A DNA stretch of 64,000 nt from Leeuwenhoekiella sp. (GCA_964219495.1 CAXPQP010000025.1:25440-89439); one strand, 5' to 3'. Counted from the stretch's first letter, positions 36,337-49,249 are shown. Program-made: numbers and translations. Notes: generated from the letters alone by a model not told the origin.

Positions 36337-38408
36337 TACAATAGTTTTTCGGTTACAAGCGCCTGTTCTTTTGGATTTTCAAACTTTAGTTTTTCAAGCT
36401 CTCTGCGGTAATCTGGATTTTTAACTACCTCATCCAAAATTGCCTTGCAGGCCTGTGAAAATCTCCAGTTGTGGTGAAAACAAGCTTCAACCAGATTGGC
36501 TAAACTTTTAGGCTCATACAGCGTAAGCTGATATAATTTTTCAAAAGCATTTAAGCGAGTCTCAAAACCATAACGGTTTCCGGTAAAACGCGTCAATCTG
36601 AAGAAATGATCGCGTATATAAGCTTCCTCATAATCCAAAGTAGAAATAGCCAGAGCTAACCACAAAATCTCAAGATTATGGTCTGCAAAGCCCTGTACGC
36701 CTTTCATCTTATCCAAATATTTATGTCTGTCTGCAGGGAACGATTTCCAAAGATTGAAAAATGCATACTCTCTGGTTAAATAGGAATCATCATTAAGCAA
36801 GCGCTCATAATTTACTTTCATAAATGCAGGCACATTAGTGATCGATTCTGCAATTGCCTGGCGCACCCACGAGTTATTGGTATAAAATGCACGCTCATAA
36901 ATACGAGCAGCTGAAGATGCTGGTACTTTTGCGAGTTGGTAAATCGCTTCACGACCGCTATACTTATCTGGCAAAGCCAAAAGTTCAAAGAGTTTATTCT
37001 GCTTTTGACCAAAAGACTGCGGGCGTAAAGCCACCACGCGCTTATAACGCTGAATAACCGGAGAATCTGCTAAAATAGATTGCGCCTCAGCATAGGGAAA
37101 AGTGGTACTCTCAATCCAGGTTTCTGTATAATCTATCAAGTCTTCACCACTTGCAGCACGGGCTTCTTTCAAGAAATCTTCGGTCTCTACATTGCTGAAT
37201 TTATGAGCATTCAAATAATTTTTAACAGCTGTTTTAAACGCCTCTTCACCTATTCGGTTTTTCAATGCAAAAAGCGCCCAGGCTCCCTTTTCATAGAAGG
37301 TTAGCGAACTAGCATTGGGATCCTGAAGATTTTCGCCTTTACCCTGCTTGCATAACGCCTCAAGTTGCTCTGCAGACTCATAAAGTTTCCAATAAAATTC
37401 ATCATCACCTAAAAATTTCCGCTCTGCGAGCAAGGCATAATAAGTTGCAAATCCTTCCTGAAGCCAGTGATGCGTTCCCGAAGTTTCGGTCACAAAATCT
37501 CCAAACCATTGATGGGCAAGTTCGTGAGCATTAACTGCCACATAATTGCGATCGGTAAAACCGGTACGGTCTACCATATAATGATCACTAAAAACGGTCG
37601 CCGTAGTATTTTCCATCCCGGCATACAGGAAATCCTTTACAGGAACCTGCTTGTAATTTGGCCAGGGATAGCCTACGCCTATTTCTTCTTCGAAATAATC
37701 AAAAATATCATCGGTATAGCGATAGGTAGTCATTACCTTCATCGAATCTTCTGGGTAGTAATACAATTCGATAGGAATATCTGACTCTGACATTCTCTTT
37801 TGCTTTCGATAATCTCCTAAAACTACTGCCACCAAATAACTTGACATCGGCTCAGACATCTCGTAATGCCAAATAAACTTATCTTCAACTTCTTCTTTCT
37901 CTTTTAAAACTCCGTTAGAAATCACCTCCTGACCGGGATAAGCGACGATACTCAGATCAAACTCAATTTTATCATTCATATCGTCTATACTCGGTAACCA
38001 GTTTGAAGTGTATTTACCCTGACCCTGGGTCCAAATCTGCTGAAAACCGCCATTGTTTACGAAGTAAAGAGCGCGGTCTGGTTTTGCAGTATACTTCAGT
38101 TTAAGATGATAGGTTTGACCTTTTGCAAAGCTCTGCGTAAAAATGATTCGACCATCATCGGTATGCGTTCCTACCAGTTTATCATTCAACAAAGACTCAT
38201 AACGCGTGATATTTTTTGCATCGAGATATACAAAATCGGCATCGTCAAGCATTGTAAACTTAACTTCCATATCACCGCTTACCGTACCTTCGGTAAAATT
38301 AAAATCGAGTAAAGCATAGATTCGTTCAAAATCTACTGTTTCAGTTTGTTGAGCAAACCCGTTGCCTATCATTAAAACTGCGATAAGCGAATAAAACCAT
38401 TTCATCAA
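36336..38408 (-). CDS. M1-family aminopeptidase (exported)
   Basis: AGMEN, HELAH-x18-E, YEKG; signal peptide. Confidence 0.92.
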   Translation of the reverse strand: MMKWFYSLIAVLMIGNGFAQQTETVDFERIYALLDFNFTEGTVSGDMEVKFTMLDDADFVYLDAKNITRYESLLNDKLVGTHTDDGRIIFTQSFAKGQTYHLKLKYTAKPDRALYFVNNGGFQQIWTQGQGKYTSNWLPSIDDMNDKIEFDLSIVAYPGQEVISNGVLKEKEEVEDKFIWHYEMSEPMSSYLVAVVLGDYRKQKRMSESDIPIELYYYPEDSMKVMTTYRYTDDIFDYFEEEIGVGYPWPNYKQVPVKDFLYAGMENTTATVFSDHYMVDRTGFTDRNYVAVNAHELAHQWFGDFVTETSGTHHWLQEGFATYYALLAERKFLGDDEFYWKLYESAEQLEALCKQGKGENLQDPNASSLTFYEKGAWALFALKNRIGEEAFKTAVKNYLNAHKFSNVETEDFLKEARAASGEDLIDYTETWIESTTFPYAEAQSILADSPVIQRYKRVVALRPQSFGQKQNKLFELLALPDKYSGREAIYQLAKVPASSAARIYERAFYTNNSWVRQAIAESITNVPAFMKVNYERLLNDDSYLTREYAFFNLWKSFPADRHKYLDKMKGVQGFADHNLEILWLALAISTLDYEEAYIRDHFFRLTRFTGNRYGFETRLNAFEKLYQLTLYEPKSLANLVEACFHHNWRFSQACKAILDEVVKNPDYRRELEKLKFENPKEQALVTEKLL

Positions 38409-38605
38409 TTCACAAAATTTATAAATCTCTGGTAGAGATTTGATTAGGCAGCATTTGTTGTTTTCGCTATGCGAAACCTCCTAAAACTACCATTTAAGAG
38501 TTAAATTAAAAACCGGCTGCCAAATTAAGGATTTGATTTTAAAAGCGCTTGTTTAATGGGAGCTAATACACGTATAAAATTGCAGGGTTTTTTATATTCG
38601 TTGCC

Positions 38606-40711
38606 ATGAACGCAGGCAAGCTACAAACACCTATAGATTATCTTAAAGGAGTTGGTCCTAACAGGGCCGATTTGCTGCGGTCTGAATTGGGTATTCACAC
38701 CTATCAGGATTTGCTCAACTTATTTCCCAATCGATATATTGACAAAACTCAGTATTACACCATTAATCAACTGCAACCTACCAGTGCAGATGTGCAAATT
38801 ATAGGTAAAGTGACCCACATCAAAACGGTTGGAGAAGGCAGATCTAAACGACTTGTAGCTACTTACATAGATCAAACCGATGCGATGGAACTCGTCTGGT
38901 TCAAAGGATTGAAGTGGATACGCGAACGTTTAAAAATCAATGTGCCCTATGTTGCTTTTGGTCGAGTGCAGCGTTTTGGTAGTTCCTACTCCATTGCTCA
39001 TCCCGATCTTGAGTTGCTCGAAGATCATGAAAAAGGCTTACGTATTGCAATGCAACCCGTTTACCCTTCTACTGAAAAATTGAGTAACCGCGGCATTACA
39101 AACCGTGTGATGAATGGACTGATGCAAACCTTATTTCAGGAAGTACACAAAGAATTGGGTGAATCCCTGTCTGCATCAATTATTGAAAATCTAAAGCTGA
39201 TGTCGCGCAGTAAGGCCTACCTCAATATCCACTTTCCTCAAAAACAGGAAAGTCTGGCTCGGGCACAATTTAGACTTAAGTTTGAAGAATTGTTTTTTAT
39301 ACAGTTCCAGCTCCTGGTAAAAAATCAATTGCATAAAAAGAAAATTAAGGGATATCCTTTTGAACATATCGGCGACAATTTCACCCAGTTCTACAGCACG
39401 CACCTACCTTTTGAACTTACCAATGCTCAAAAACGAGTGGTGAAAGAAATACGTAACGACCTGGGTAAACCTGCTCAAATGAATCGGCTGCTTCAAGGAG
39501 ATGTAGGTAGTGGTAAAACTATTGTCGCGCTGCTTACAATGCTAATTGCAATAGATAATGGTTTTCAGGCCTGTCTTATGGCTCCAACAGAAATTCTAGC
39601 AATTCAACATTACCAGGGCCTTAGCGAATTGTGCGAAAAATTGGATATCAAAATCGCCTTACTTACGGGTTCGTCAAAAACTAAAGAACGTCGCGTGATT
39701 CATCAGGAGCTTGAAGATGGGTCTCTACACATTCTTATAGGCACTCACGCCTTGCTCGAAGATAAGGTGCAGTTTAAAAACCTGGGATTGGCGATTATAG
39801 ATGAGCAGCATCGATTTGGTGTAGCCCAGCGCAGTAAACTCTGGCACAAAAATGAACTACCACCACACATTTTGATTATGACCGCAACACCCATCCCCCG
39901 TACACTGGCGATGAGTGTTTACGGTGATCTCGATGTTTCTGTTATTGACGAACTGCCACCTGGGAGAAAAGCGATTAAAACAGTACACCGCTACGACAAT
40001 AACCGACTGAAAGTATTTGGTTTTATAAGAGATGAAATAAAAAAAGGCCGGCAAATCTATATTGTTTACCCGCTTATTCAGGAAAGTGAAGCGCTAGATT
40101 ATAAAGATTTGATGGACGGTTATGAAAGTATCAGCCGTGAATTCCCGATGCCCGAATTTCAAATTTCTATTATACACGGCCAGATGAAGCCGGAAGATAA
40201 AGATTATGAAATGAATCGTTTTGTAAATGGCGAAACCCAGATTATGGTTGCAACCACGGTGATTGAAGTAGGTGTTAATGTACCCAATGCTTCAGTTATG
40301 GTGATTGAAAGTGCAGAACGTTTTGGACTTTCGCAACTACACCAACTTCGAGGGCGAGTAGGTCGTGGCGCAGATCAGAGTTATTGTATTTTAATGACTG
40401 GCCATAAACTTTCGGAAGACAGTAAAACCCGCTTGCAAACGATGACACAAACTAACGATGGTTTTGAAATCGCCGAAGTGGACTTAAAACTGCGCGGCCC
40501 AGGTGATTTGATGGGAACTCAACAAAGCGGCATGCTCAACCTTAAAATTGCCGATATCGTAAAAGACAACGAGATTATGAAAGCTGCCCGTGGCTATGCT
40601 TCAGCGGTTTTAAAAGATGATCCCCAGTTACAAAAACCTGAAAACACTCCCATTAGAGCTACCTACGCCGCTTTGATGAAGTTCAAAAACATCTGGAATT
40701 ACATTAGTTAG
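38606..40711 (+). CDS. recG: ATP-dependent DNA helicase RecG
   Basis: QGDVGSGKT, DEQHRFG, MTATPIPRT, QLHQLRGRVGRG, DLKLRGPG. Confidence 0.98.
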   Translation: MNAGKLQTPIDYLKGVGPNRADLLRSELGIHTYQDLLNLFPNRYIDKTQYYTINQLQPTSADVQIIGKVTHIKTVGEGRSKRLVATYIDQTDAMELVWFKGLKWIRERLKINVPYVAFGRVQRFGSSYSIAHPDLELLEDHEKGLRIAMQPVYPSTEKLSNRGITNRVMNGLMQTLFQEVHKELGESLSASIIENLKLMSRSKAYLNIHFPQKQESLARAQFRLKFEELFFIQFQLLVKNQLHKKKIKGYPFEHIGDNFTQFYSTHLPFELTNAQKRVVKEIRNDLGKPAQMNRLLQGDVGSGKTIVALLTMLIAIDNGFQACLMAPTEILAIQHYQGLSELCEKLDIKIALLTGSSKTKERRVIHQELEDGSLHILIGTHALLEDKVQFKNLGLAIIDEQHRFGVAQRSKLWHKNELPPHILIMTATPIPRTLAMSVYGDLDVSVIDELPPGRKAIKTVHRYDNNRLKVFGFIRDEIKKGRQIYIVYPLIQESEALDYKDLMDGYESISREFPMPEFQISIIHGQMKPEDKDYEMNRFVNGETQIMVATTVIEVGVNVPNASVMVIESAERFGLSQLHQLRGRVGRGADQSYCILMTGHKLSEDSKTRLQTMTQTNDGFEIAEVDLKLRGPGDLMGTQQSGMLNLKIADIVKDNEIMKAARGYASAVLKDDPQLQKPENTPIRATYAALMKFKNIWNYIS

Positions 40712-40804
40712 CACTTCATTATTCCAATTAAGCGGTGCCGAATTCAGAATTATAAAATACGTGTATTTTCAATCGGCTACAGTGCCAAAAAGCCCTGTAA
40801 ATAG

Positions 40805-40812
40805 TATATTTG
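40805..40812 (+). promoter_or_regulatory. -7 box of the pheT promoter
   Basis: TATATTTG, 19 nt upstream of the ATG. Confidence 0.6.
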
Positions 40813-40831
40813 CCCTTTCAAAATTAAAGGC

Positions 40832-43258
40832 ATGCAAATAAGTTACAACTGGCTAAAGCAGTTTATAAATATTGATTGGGAAACTGAAAAAACAGGCAAC
40901 CTACTTACTGACCTGGGTCTAGAAGTGGAAGGTGTTGAAGACTTTCAGAGTGTAAAAGGCGGTCTTAGAGGTATTGTGGTTGGCCACGTGCTAACCTGCG
41001 TAAAACATCCCAATGCAGATCGTTTAAAACTTACAACGGTTGATCTTGGTGATGGTGAGCCAGTACAAATTGTTTGTGGTGCGCCAAACGTCGATGCCGG
41101 GCAAAAAGTACCTGTTGCGACTGTAGGTACTACTTTATACGATGACAAAGGCGAAGCCTGGAAAATCAAAAAAGGAAAAATACGTGGCGAGGTAAGTAAC
41201 GGGATGATTTGTGCTGAAGATGAACTTGGTCTGGGTGAAAGCCACGACGGTATTATGATTCTTGATGATGATCTCGCTCCCGGAACTCCGCTAGCTGAAG
41301 TTTTTGAAGTTGAAGACGATCAGGTTTTTGAAATAGGCCTTACTCCTAACCGCGCAGATGCCATGAGTCATATGGGTGTAGCCCGTGATTTACGTGCCGG
41401 TTTAATTCAGCTGGGGATGCACCCGGAATTTATTACACCTTCTACAAGTTCGTTTAGAATAGACAACCGCACTCAAAAAGTGAGTGTAGAAGTGCTCGAT
41501 TCTCAAAAAGCACCTCGTTATTGCGGGGTAACCTTAACTGGTTTAACGGTGAAAGAATCTCCAACCTGGATGCAAAATCGCCTTAAAGCAATTGGTCTTA
41601 CTCCAAAGAATAATTTGGTTGATATTACAAATTATATTTTACACGAGTTAGGTCAACCTTTACACGCTTTTGATCTGGCTAAAATTGCTGGAAAACAAAT
41701 CAATGTAAAAACGGTTGCTTCGGGTACTAAGTTTATGACCTTAGATGGTATAGAACGTGAACTTCACGAAGAAGACCTGATGATTTGCGATGCTGAAAAA
41801 CCTCTTTGTATAGCAGGTGTTTTTGGTGGTGCAAATAGCGGTGTTACAGAAAACACGACTTCTATCTTTTTAGAAAGCGCGTATTTCAATCCGGTAAGCG
41901 TACGTAAAACGGCTAAAAGACACGGTTTAAATACTGACGCATCTTTCCGTTTTGAACGTGGTATTGACCCCAATATCACCGAATATGCGTTGATGCGTGC
42001 CGTATTGCTTATCAAAGAATTGGCTGGCGGTGAAGTAACCAGCGATATTGTGGACTTCTATCCCAAAAAGATCGAAGATCATCAGGTGGTTTTAAATTTT
42101 GACCGTGCTCAAAAACTTATTGGCGAAGAGATTCCTAAAGAGACCATCAAGTCAATCCTTTCATCTTTAGATATAAAAATCAACAACATTACTGAGTCTG
42201 GTCTTGGGATGACCATACCTGCCTATCGTAATGATGTAACCCGTGAAGTAGACGTTATTGAAGAAATTCTACGCGTTTATGGGTATAATAAAATCAAGTT
42301 TAAAGCAAAGCTAAACGCTTCTGTTTCTCAAACAAGTCGTTTTGCAGACCATAAAGTACAACACATTACGGGCAGCTTACTGGCTTCTCTTGGTTTTAAT
42401 GAGATTCTGAACAACTCCCTAACAAACCCAGAGTACGCAACGTTAAACGATGCTTTTAAAGCAGAACACAGCGTGAAGATGCTCAACCCATTGAGTACAG
42501 ATCTTTCAGTAATGCGCCAGTCGCTTTTGTTTTCTGGTCTTGAGGTGGTAGCATTTAACAGCAACCGCCGCCAGTCTGATCTTAAACTGTTTGAATTTGG
42601 GAAAAGCTATCATCAATACGGTGATAATCGTGAAGAATACAAGCACTTAAGCTTATTGCTTTGTGGAAAACAAAATCCTGAAAATTGGTATCAACAACAG
42701 CAGAACGCGACTTTTTTCAATCTTAAAGGTTTTGTTGAGATCGTGTTGAACAGACTGGGCTTAAAAGACTGGCAGGTAAAGCCGGTTAAAAGCAACGAGT
42801 TTTCAGAAGGTTTAAGCTACAGTATTCAGAAGAAACAGGTCGTTCAGTTTGGTTTGGTAGCCAAAGCAATCCGTAATCATTTTGACATTGATCTTGAAGT
42901 GCTTTATGCCGATTTTAATTGGGATGTAATTCTGGATTTGATTCAGCAGAATAAAATCAGTTACGCTCCAATACCAAAGAATCCTGCGGTACGTCGTGAT
43001 TTTGCATTGTTACTTGACAAGCAGGTAAGCTTTGAAGAAATCTACAATGAGGCCTTTAAAACGGAAAACAACCTATTAAAGAAAGTTGCCCTTTTTGATG
43101 TTTATGAAGGTAAAAACTTACCCCAAAACAAGAAGAGTTATGCAGTAAGCTTTACGCTACAGGATGAGCACAAGACGCTTACTGATAGTGAAACCGACAA
43201 GATTATGAGCAAACTTCAAAAGCGATTTGAAGAGCAGTTTGAAGCGGTATTGCGCTAA
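40832..43258 (+). CDS. pheT: Phenylalanine--tRNA ligase beta subunit
   Basis: KHPNADRL, CGAPNV, TPNRADAMS, RFERG, RRDFALL, KSYAVSF. Confidence 0.98.
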   Translation: MQISYNWLKQFINIDWETEKTGNLLTDLGLEVEGVEDFQSVKGGLRGIVVGHVLTCVKHPNADRLKLTTVDLGDGEPVQIVCGAPNVDAGQKVPVATVGTTLYDDKGEAWKIKKGKIRGEVSNGMICAEDELGLGESHDGIMILDDDLAPGTPLAEVFEVEDDQVFEIGLTPNRADAMSHMGVARDLRAGLIQLGMHPEFITPSTSSFRIDNRTQKVSVEVLDSQKAPRYCGVTLTGLTVKESPTWMQNRLKAIGLTPKNNLVDITNYILHELGQPLHAFDLAKIAGKQINVKTVASGTKFMTLDGIERELHEEDLMICDAEKPLCIAGVFGGANSGVTENTTSIFLESAYFNPVSVRKTAKRHGLNTDASFRFERGIDPNITEYALMRAVLLIKELAGGEVTSDIVDFYPKKIEDHQVVLNFDRAQKLIGEEIPKETIKSILSSLDIKINNITESGLGMTIPAYRNDVTREVDVIEEILRVYGYNKIKFKAKLNASVSQTSRFADHKVQHITGSLLASLGFNEILNNSLTNPEYATLNDAFKAEHSVKMLNPLSTDLSVMRQSLLFSGLEVVAFNSNRRQSDLKLFEFGKSYHQYGDNREEYKHLSLLLCGKQNPENWYQQQQNATFFNLKGFVEIVLNRLGLKDWQVKPVKSNEFSEGLSYSIQKKQVVQFGLVAKAIRNHFDIDLEVLYADFNWDVILDLIQQNKISYAPIPKNPAVRRDFALLLDKQVSFEEIYNEAFKTENNLLKKVALFDVYEGKNLPQNKKSYAVSFTLQDEHKTLTDSETDKIMSKLQKRFEEQFEAVLR

Positions 43259-43326
43259 GACTTTAGCATTTACAAGGTTGTGATTCTGAGGGCTATTGGT
43301 TATTTTTAGGCTTAAAAAGAGAAAAA

Positions 43327-44046
43327 ATGCTATTAAAGAAAACCAATATTCACGATAAATTATATCGGGAAGAATTTAAAAGTTCGGAAGCTGGTGTACT
43401 AGAATGGGTTCGCGGTTTTATTTCAAGTAGCCGTGGTTCACACGAGCGTATTTTAGAAAATTTAGCTGCCAGTTCAGAAACCGATTCTATTGCATTTAAT
43501 TTTGACTTGCTCGATCGCGAACGTATTTTTCACGAGAATAGCATAAAAAAAATCTGTGTAAACTACCGTTTGCGATTTCTGGATTCCAGATATTTTAAAG
43601 GAACTTTTCCGCAGGAAGCCCTGACCGAAATTGACCGACTCGAAAAAGAGCATAATATCAGTCTTAGCGGTTTTAAAATAATGGCGCCTTCAAAAATGTT
43701 TGTGATGCGAAAGACCGACGATCCTTTGCTATTTGCGCCAATGGGTATTGGTTATTATTACCTCATTCACAAATGGGGAAATGATTTACATCCACTTCGT
43801 AAATTGATGATGTGGCCATTCAAAAATTTTGAAAATTTAATTTTTACCATACTTCTATCTAGCCTGGTGGCAACCTTACTTGTTCCAGACGGACTGTTTA
43901 CCAGGGAACAAAGTTTTAGTCAGGATGTGATGGTTTTCTTTTTTATGTTTAAATCTATAGCTGCAGTTGTTCTGTTTTATGGTTTTGCCCTGGGTAAAAA
44001 CTTTAATACGGCAATCTGGCGCTGTCAGTACGATAAAGCTCAATAA
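43327..44046 (+). CDS. Hypothetical protein with two C-terminal TM helices
   Basis: Long ORF, YRLRFLDS, DDPLLFAPMG, HKWGND; hydrophobic C-terminus. Confidence 0.6.
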   Translation: MLLKKTNIHDKLYREEFKSSEAGVLEWVRGFISSSRGSHERILENLAASSETDSIAFNFDLLDRERIFHENSIKKICVNYRLRFLDSRYFKGTFPQEALTEIDRLEKEHNISLSGFKIMAPSKMFVMRKTDDPLLFAPMGIGYYYLIHKWGNDLHPLRKLMMWPFKNFENLIFTILLSSLVATLLVPDGLFTREQSFSQDVMVFFFMFKSIAAVVLFYGFALGKNFNTAIWRCQYDKAQ

Positions 44047-44558
44047 TGATAAGAGACTCAAACTACGAGCACGTTTATACGGGTTCAGAAATCAATGCCA
44101 ACTACCTGATAAACTATCTTAAGGAGGCAGGCATTAATAGTATTTTACGCAATGACAAGGAAAGCGCTCTTCGCGCAGGTTTTGGCAATAATTATCAAAA
44201 TGAAGCACTCGTATTTGTTGAAAAAGAAAACCTGCTAAAAGCACGCCATCTTACTGAAAAGGCATTTACACAGGATGAACTTGCAGATGCCGATGTGGAT
44301 ATTGAAGCCACAACGAGCAGATTACAGGAAGAACCCAGGGTAAGTTCAGAGGGAACACCTCTTATTCAAAAGGGAGAAAAACCCAGGCGATCTATCTGGA
44401 ATTTACTAATCAATGCAGGTCTGTTGATTTACTCGCTGTACCGACTCTACCCTCTTACGCAAGGCGAAGATCTGTCTACTTTCCGTATTTTTCTAAGTGC
44501 ATTTATTGCAGCAATTAGTGCGTTTGCAATCATCAACCATTTTAGAAAGTCAGCTTAA
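44046..44558 (+). CDS. DUF2007-like (putative signal-transducing) domain plus two TM helices
   Basis: VYTGSEINA...LKEAGI...ND..S...GFG pattern; start overlaps the upstream stop. Confidence 0.6.
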   Translation: MIRDSNYEHVYTGSEINANYLINYLKEAGINSILRNDKESALRAGFGNNYQNEALVFVEKENLLKARHLTEKAFTQDELADADVDIEATTSRLQEEPRVSSEGTPLIQKGEKPRRSIWNLLINAGLLIYSLYRLYPLTQGEDLSTFRIFLSAFIAAISAFAIINHFRKSA

Positions 44559-44561
44559 GAA

Positions 44562-45125
44562 TTACTGATTTAAATCGAGATATGCTCCGGTATAGTTACC
44601 GTAAATTACCTTGCCATCAATTCGCGTAAAGCTAAAGTCAAGGGCAATCTCTGTACTGGAAATACTGGTTATAGTGATTTGAATTTCGGTGGCAATTTTA
44701 GAATCGTCTTCGTAATCTAAGATTGATGTGCCGCGATCATAACTCCCACCAGAAACGCTTCCATTTACAAAAAATTCATAGTCGGCTGCAGTATTATAAC
44801 TGGCGGCTTTAAGCACATCGTCAGTTAATACAAAATAGATTGCGGTAACATTCTCTAAATCTTCTCCAGAAGAGAGTTGCGCAGTAGTTTTATTAAACAG
44901 ATTGATGCCTATTTTTGATGGTTCCTCATTTGATGTGTTTTCATCAAACACCCAGACAGTTTGTACATCAAATAAAATCCCGTCAAACACAAATGCATTG
45001 ACGGGATCTTCTATAATTTCTTGTTTACCGGCATCATCAGATGAACAAGATGCCAGACAAACAACGAGCGTTAAAAGCAAAGTAAAAAACCTGGTTTTCA
45101 TAGTAAACGTATGATTTGGGATCAC
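44562..45125 (-). CDS. Hypothetical surface lipoprotein (start possibly at MKTRF)
   Basis: Lipobox LASC-SSDD; beta-rich; YGNYTGAY end. Confidence 0.6.
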   Translation of the reverse strand: MIPNHTFTMKTRFFTLLLTLVVCLASCSSDDAGKQEIIEDPVNAFVFDGILFDVQTVWVFDENTSNEEPSKIGINLFNKTTAQLSSGEDLENVTAIYFVLTDDVLKAASYNTAADYEFFVNGSVSGGSYDRGTSILDYEDDSKIATEIQITITSISSTEIALDFSFTRIDGKVIYGNYTGAYLDLNQ

Positions 45126-45145
45126 AGTTGACTAAGATATAAAAA

Positions 45146-46789
<1,644 letters not shown>

Positions 46790-46798
46790 TTAAGGGCG

Positions 46799-46806
46799 CA
46801 AAAGTA
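46799..46806 (-). promoter_or_regulatory. -7 box of the ABC-F gene
   Basis: TACTTTTG on the minus strand, about 27 nt upstream of the ATG. Confidence 0.55.
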
Positions 46807-46947
46807 CAGCTATTGACGTAAAAGATGAAAGATTAACTTTTTAATTATATATTTTAACTTGTAATTAACAGCCTTTAATATTCAACACGGGTACATTTAG
46901 CGCCAATTACTTATTAATTCTGTCCCAAACCCAAGACCACTGTTTAC

Positions 46948-48360
46948 ATGATTGAAAAGTTACTTTTCTTCATACTTATTGCATTTTTAACCGCTTGTGA
47001 CAACAGCACCCCTAAAGCTGATCATGGCACTTACCTGGGAGGTGAAATCATCAACCCGGTTTCTAATGTTATTATTCTGGAAAAAGATGGGATTTTTCTG
47101 GACAGCATCGCTTTGGATCAAAATAACCGATTTCTTTACGAATTTGAAACTGAAGATGAAGGTGTTTATTCCTTTGATCACAACGAACAACAAATATTCT
47201 ACATAGAACCTGGAGATAGCCTTTTACTTCGCGTTAATACTTTTGAATTTGATGAAACGTTAACCTATAGCGGTTATGGAGCTCCAGAAAATAACCTGCT
47301 AATCGATTTTTTCCTGATGAATGAGGAAGAAAACAATCTGATGATGCAGCGTGAGATTTACCAGCAAGATCCTACAACCTTCAGCCGAAGTATTCTCGAC
47401 TTTAAAAATTTGCGACAGAACCTTTTAGACGAATTTTTACAGAAACATGATGTGAGTTCGTATTTTGAGCGTTTGGGTCAGGCTATTGTAGATTATGATT
47501 ATTACGCCCGGCTCGAAGTGTACCCAATGTCTCATTTTGGAGTTGATCGTGTTGAATTTATGAAAAGCATACCCAATTCGTTTTACGAGTATCGTAAGGA
47601 TGTGAGTTTTGATAAAGAAGAGTTTCTTGAACTGTATCCTTACCAACGATTCTTAATCAACTATTTTAATCAGGCAGCTTTTAGAGAGTATTTTACCGAA
47701 GAATCTTACGATCCACTTTCCTTTACACACAACCTACACAAACTGCGGCTTATTCAAACTAAAATTAAAAATGACGCAGTTAAAAGTTTTCTTCTAACTC
47801 GAACTATAAAAGATTACCTCGCAAACAGCAATGATAAAAAAGGGGGGGAGACGCTTTATGACATGTATATGGAACATATACCCTCTGAAGCAGACAAGAA
47901 AACCATAAGAGACCTATATACTTCAAACAAAAAGATCGAAACCGGTAAGCGCATTCCTGACGAAGAATTGCTCACTTTAGATCGTGACACCATAAGTTTT
48001 GAAACGACTATAAATAAACCGGCATTTATTTTCTTTTGGTCTAACGACAACAAAACACACGCTAAGAATGCCCAAAAGCTAGCGGAAAGTTATATTGAAA
48101 AATTCCCGGAGTTCACGTATATGGCAGTATGTGTTAAAGGAAATTATGCAGGCTGGAAACGCAGCGTTACGCGCTATGGTTTCAATACCAGCAAACAATA
48201 TTTATTTACAGGAGATTACAACCAGCTCGTTAAAGATTTAGCCTTAAGCTCTACTCTTAAAACCTTCATTGTAGATGAAAATGGTTTCATCATAAATGCT
48301 CACACCAACCTGTTCAGTACCAAATTTGAAAATGAATTGCTTACGGCATTAAATGAATAA
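46948..48360 (+). CDS. Lipoprotein with C-terminal TlpA/thioredoxin-like domain lacking CxxC
   Basis: Lipobox LTAC; IETGKRIPD..LL...FIFFWS...TFIVDENGFII. Confidence 0.6.
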   Translation: MIEKLLFFILIAFLTACDNSTPKADHGTYLGGEIINPVSNVIILEKDGIFLDSIALDQNNRFLYEFETEDEGVYSFDHNEQQIFYIEPGDSLLLRVNTFEFDETLTYSGYGAPENNLLIDFFLMNEEENNLMMQREIYQQDPTTFSRSILDFKNLRQNLLDEFLQKHDVSSYFERLGQAIVDYDYYARLEVYPMSHFGVDRVEFMKSIPNSFYEYRKDVSFDKEEFLELYPYQRFLINYFNQAAFREYFTEESYDPLSFTHNLHKLRLIQTKIKNDAVKSFLLTRTIKDYLANSNDKKGGETLYDMYMEHIPSEADKKTIRDLYTSNKKIETGKRIPDEELLTLDRDTISFETTINKPAFIFFWSNDNKTHAKNAQKLAESYIEKFPEFTYMAVCVKGNYAGWKRSVTRYGFNTSKQYLFTGDYNQLVKDLALSSTLKTFIVDENGFIINAHTNLFSTKFENELLTALNE

Positions 48361-48404
48361 GCATTAAAAAATCACCTCCTAATTTTAAATCCTAATTAGG
48401 TATC

Positions 48405-48440
48405 AAAAAAAATCCCATCTTGATTTAAGACGGGATTTTT
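48405..48440. terminator. Bidirectional terminator between the 46948 gene and transaldolase
   Basis: AAAAAAAATCCCATCTT-loop-AAGACGGGATTTTT. Confidence 0.85.
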
Positions 48441-48462
48441 AGTATTTGAAAAAGTCGGAATA

Positions 48463-49119
48463 TTAACTATTCCCTTTGTTATAATCTGCTAGGAATTTCT
48501 CTAAACCTATATCGGTAAGTGGGTGCTTCAACAAGCCTTCAATAGAAGATAATGGCCCGGTCATAACATCAGAACCTAATTTAGCACAGTCAATAACGTG
48601 CATCGTGTGACGGATAGAAGCTGCAAGAATTTCAGTTTCGAAAGCATAGTTATCATATACTAAACGGATGTCTGCAATAAGCTGAAGACCGTCTGTAGAA
48701 ATATCATCAAGACGACCTAAGAACGGAGAAACGTAAGTTGCACCAGCTTTAGCAGCAAGCAATGCCTGCCCCACTGAAAATACAAGCGTACAGTTAGTAC
48801 GGATACCTTTATCGCTAAAATATTTTAATGCTTTAACACCATCTTTAATCATTGGTATTTTAACAACGATTTGCTCGTGTAAAGCTGCAAGCTCTTCACC
48901 TTCTTTCACCATCCCGTCAAAATCTGTCGAGATTACTTCTGCACTTACATCACCATCTACCAGATTACAAATATCTACGTAATGCTTAAGGATATTTTCG
49001 CGTCCGGTAATGCCTTCTTTAGCCATTAAAGACGGGTTTGTAGTTACGCCATCAAGAACGCCCAGATCCTGAGCTTCTTTGATCTGATCAAGGTTTGCAG
49101 TATCAATAAAAAATTTCAT
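48463..49119 (-). CDS. fsa: Transaldolase / fructose-6-phosphate aldolase family (short type)
   Basis: [40 protein letters not shown]. Confidence 0.92.
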   Translation of the reverse strand: MKFFIDTANLDQIKEAQDLGVLDGVTTNPSLMAKEGITGRENILKHYVDICNLVDGDVSAEVISTDFDGMVKEGEELAALHEQIVVKIPMIKDGVKALKYFSDKGIRTNCTLVFSVGQALLAAKAGATYVSPFLGRLDDISTDGLQLIADIRLVYDNYAFETEILAASIRHTMHVIDCAKLGSDVMTGPLSSIEGLLKHPLTDIGLEKFLADYNKGNS

Positions 49120-49249
49120 GAGGATATTTTTGGTTTATCAATTTGTTTTACGGTCAAAATTAAGCAATTAAAACTTGAATTATCGTAAAGTTTCGTTATT
49201 ATACAAAATAAGTGTAAATATCACATTTACACAAGCGAAGTATCTTATT

